A stretch of DNA of 64,000 bases from Callorhinchus milii (taxonomy: Eukaryota), in contig NW_024704743.1 of assembly GCF_018977255.1 (NCBI RefSeq), positions 53,756,001 through 53,820,000 on the forward strand, in the 5' to 3' direction. Both the position numbers and the translations under genes were made by a program. The notes beneath the pieces are model-generated. The model searched no databases. It was not told the DNA's origin and worked only from the letters and a program-made list of their open reading frames with translations. Of this stretch, positions 63,615 through 64,000 are shown piece by piece; the stretch's first letter is position 1; each line of letters begins with the position of its first letter.

Positions 63615-64000
63615 GTATTGACCTTTGGTCAGACTCCATCTGGAGTATTGCATTCAATTTTGGGCACTATACCTCAGGAAAGATATATTGGCGTTGGGGG
63701 TGGGGGTGCAGTGCAGGTTCGGGTTAAGTTTCGAGAGAAGGCTGCATAAACTTACATTGTATTCCCTTGAGTTTAGAAGGTTGAGGGGTGATTTGATTGA
63801 GGTGTTTAAGATGATAAAGGGATTCGATAGGGTAGATACATTGAAGCTATTTACTCTGGTGGGGAATCCAAAACAAAGGGGAATAATCTTAAAATTAGAA
63901 CCAGGCCATTTGAGAGTGAAATCAGAAGCATTTTTTTACTCAAAGGGTGGTAGAAATCTAGAATTCTCTCACCCAAAAGGCCGTGGATGCTGGATTCATC
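63615..64000 (+). mobile_element. CR1 LINE 3' ORF2 fragment running off the window
   Basis: LVRLHLEYCIQFWA and RRLRGDLIEVFKMIKG. Confidence 0.88.

Noticed and set aside
60634..64000. Next RAPGEF5 exon (TVDEYSP-like)
   Set aside because: No phase-2 acceptor with a matching peptide was found; it probably lies beyond the window.

Overview
Eukaryotic vertebrate DNA, most likely a cartilaginous fish (inferred from the repeat landscape of L2 and CR1 LINEs, Deu-domain SINEs and tRNA-Ala SINEs). The window lies within one + strand gene, RAPGEF5 (MR-GEF, Epac-family Rap GEF). Nine in-phase internal coding exons can be read (5024-60633), plus the alternative 'MGSSRLRVFD' short-isoform start at 43643; the gene continues beyond both ends. 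Nearly all long ORFs in the track are L2/CR1 reverse-transcriptase remnants or their shadow frames. Highlights: (1) an AT-AC U12 minor intron (57616-60293); (2) an almost full-length but degenerate Epac-type cAMP-binding domain; (3) a 343-nt intron that doubles as coding sequence for the short isoform; (4) a 107-bp TSD-flanked insertion carrying a decayed hammerhead ribozyme; (5) a seven-copy, 5'-truncated, A-tailed repeat family I cannot name; (6) nested L2s and a shared SINE/LINE 3' stem-loop. No prokaryotic systems are present. Protein comparisons are to sequences recalled from memory, not database searches, and repeat boundaries are approximate.
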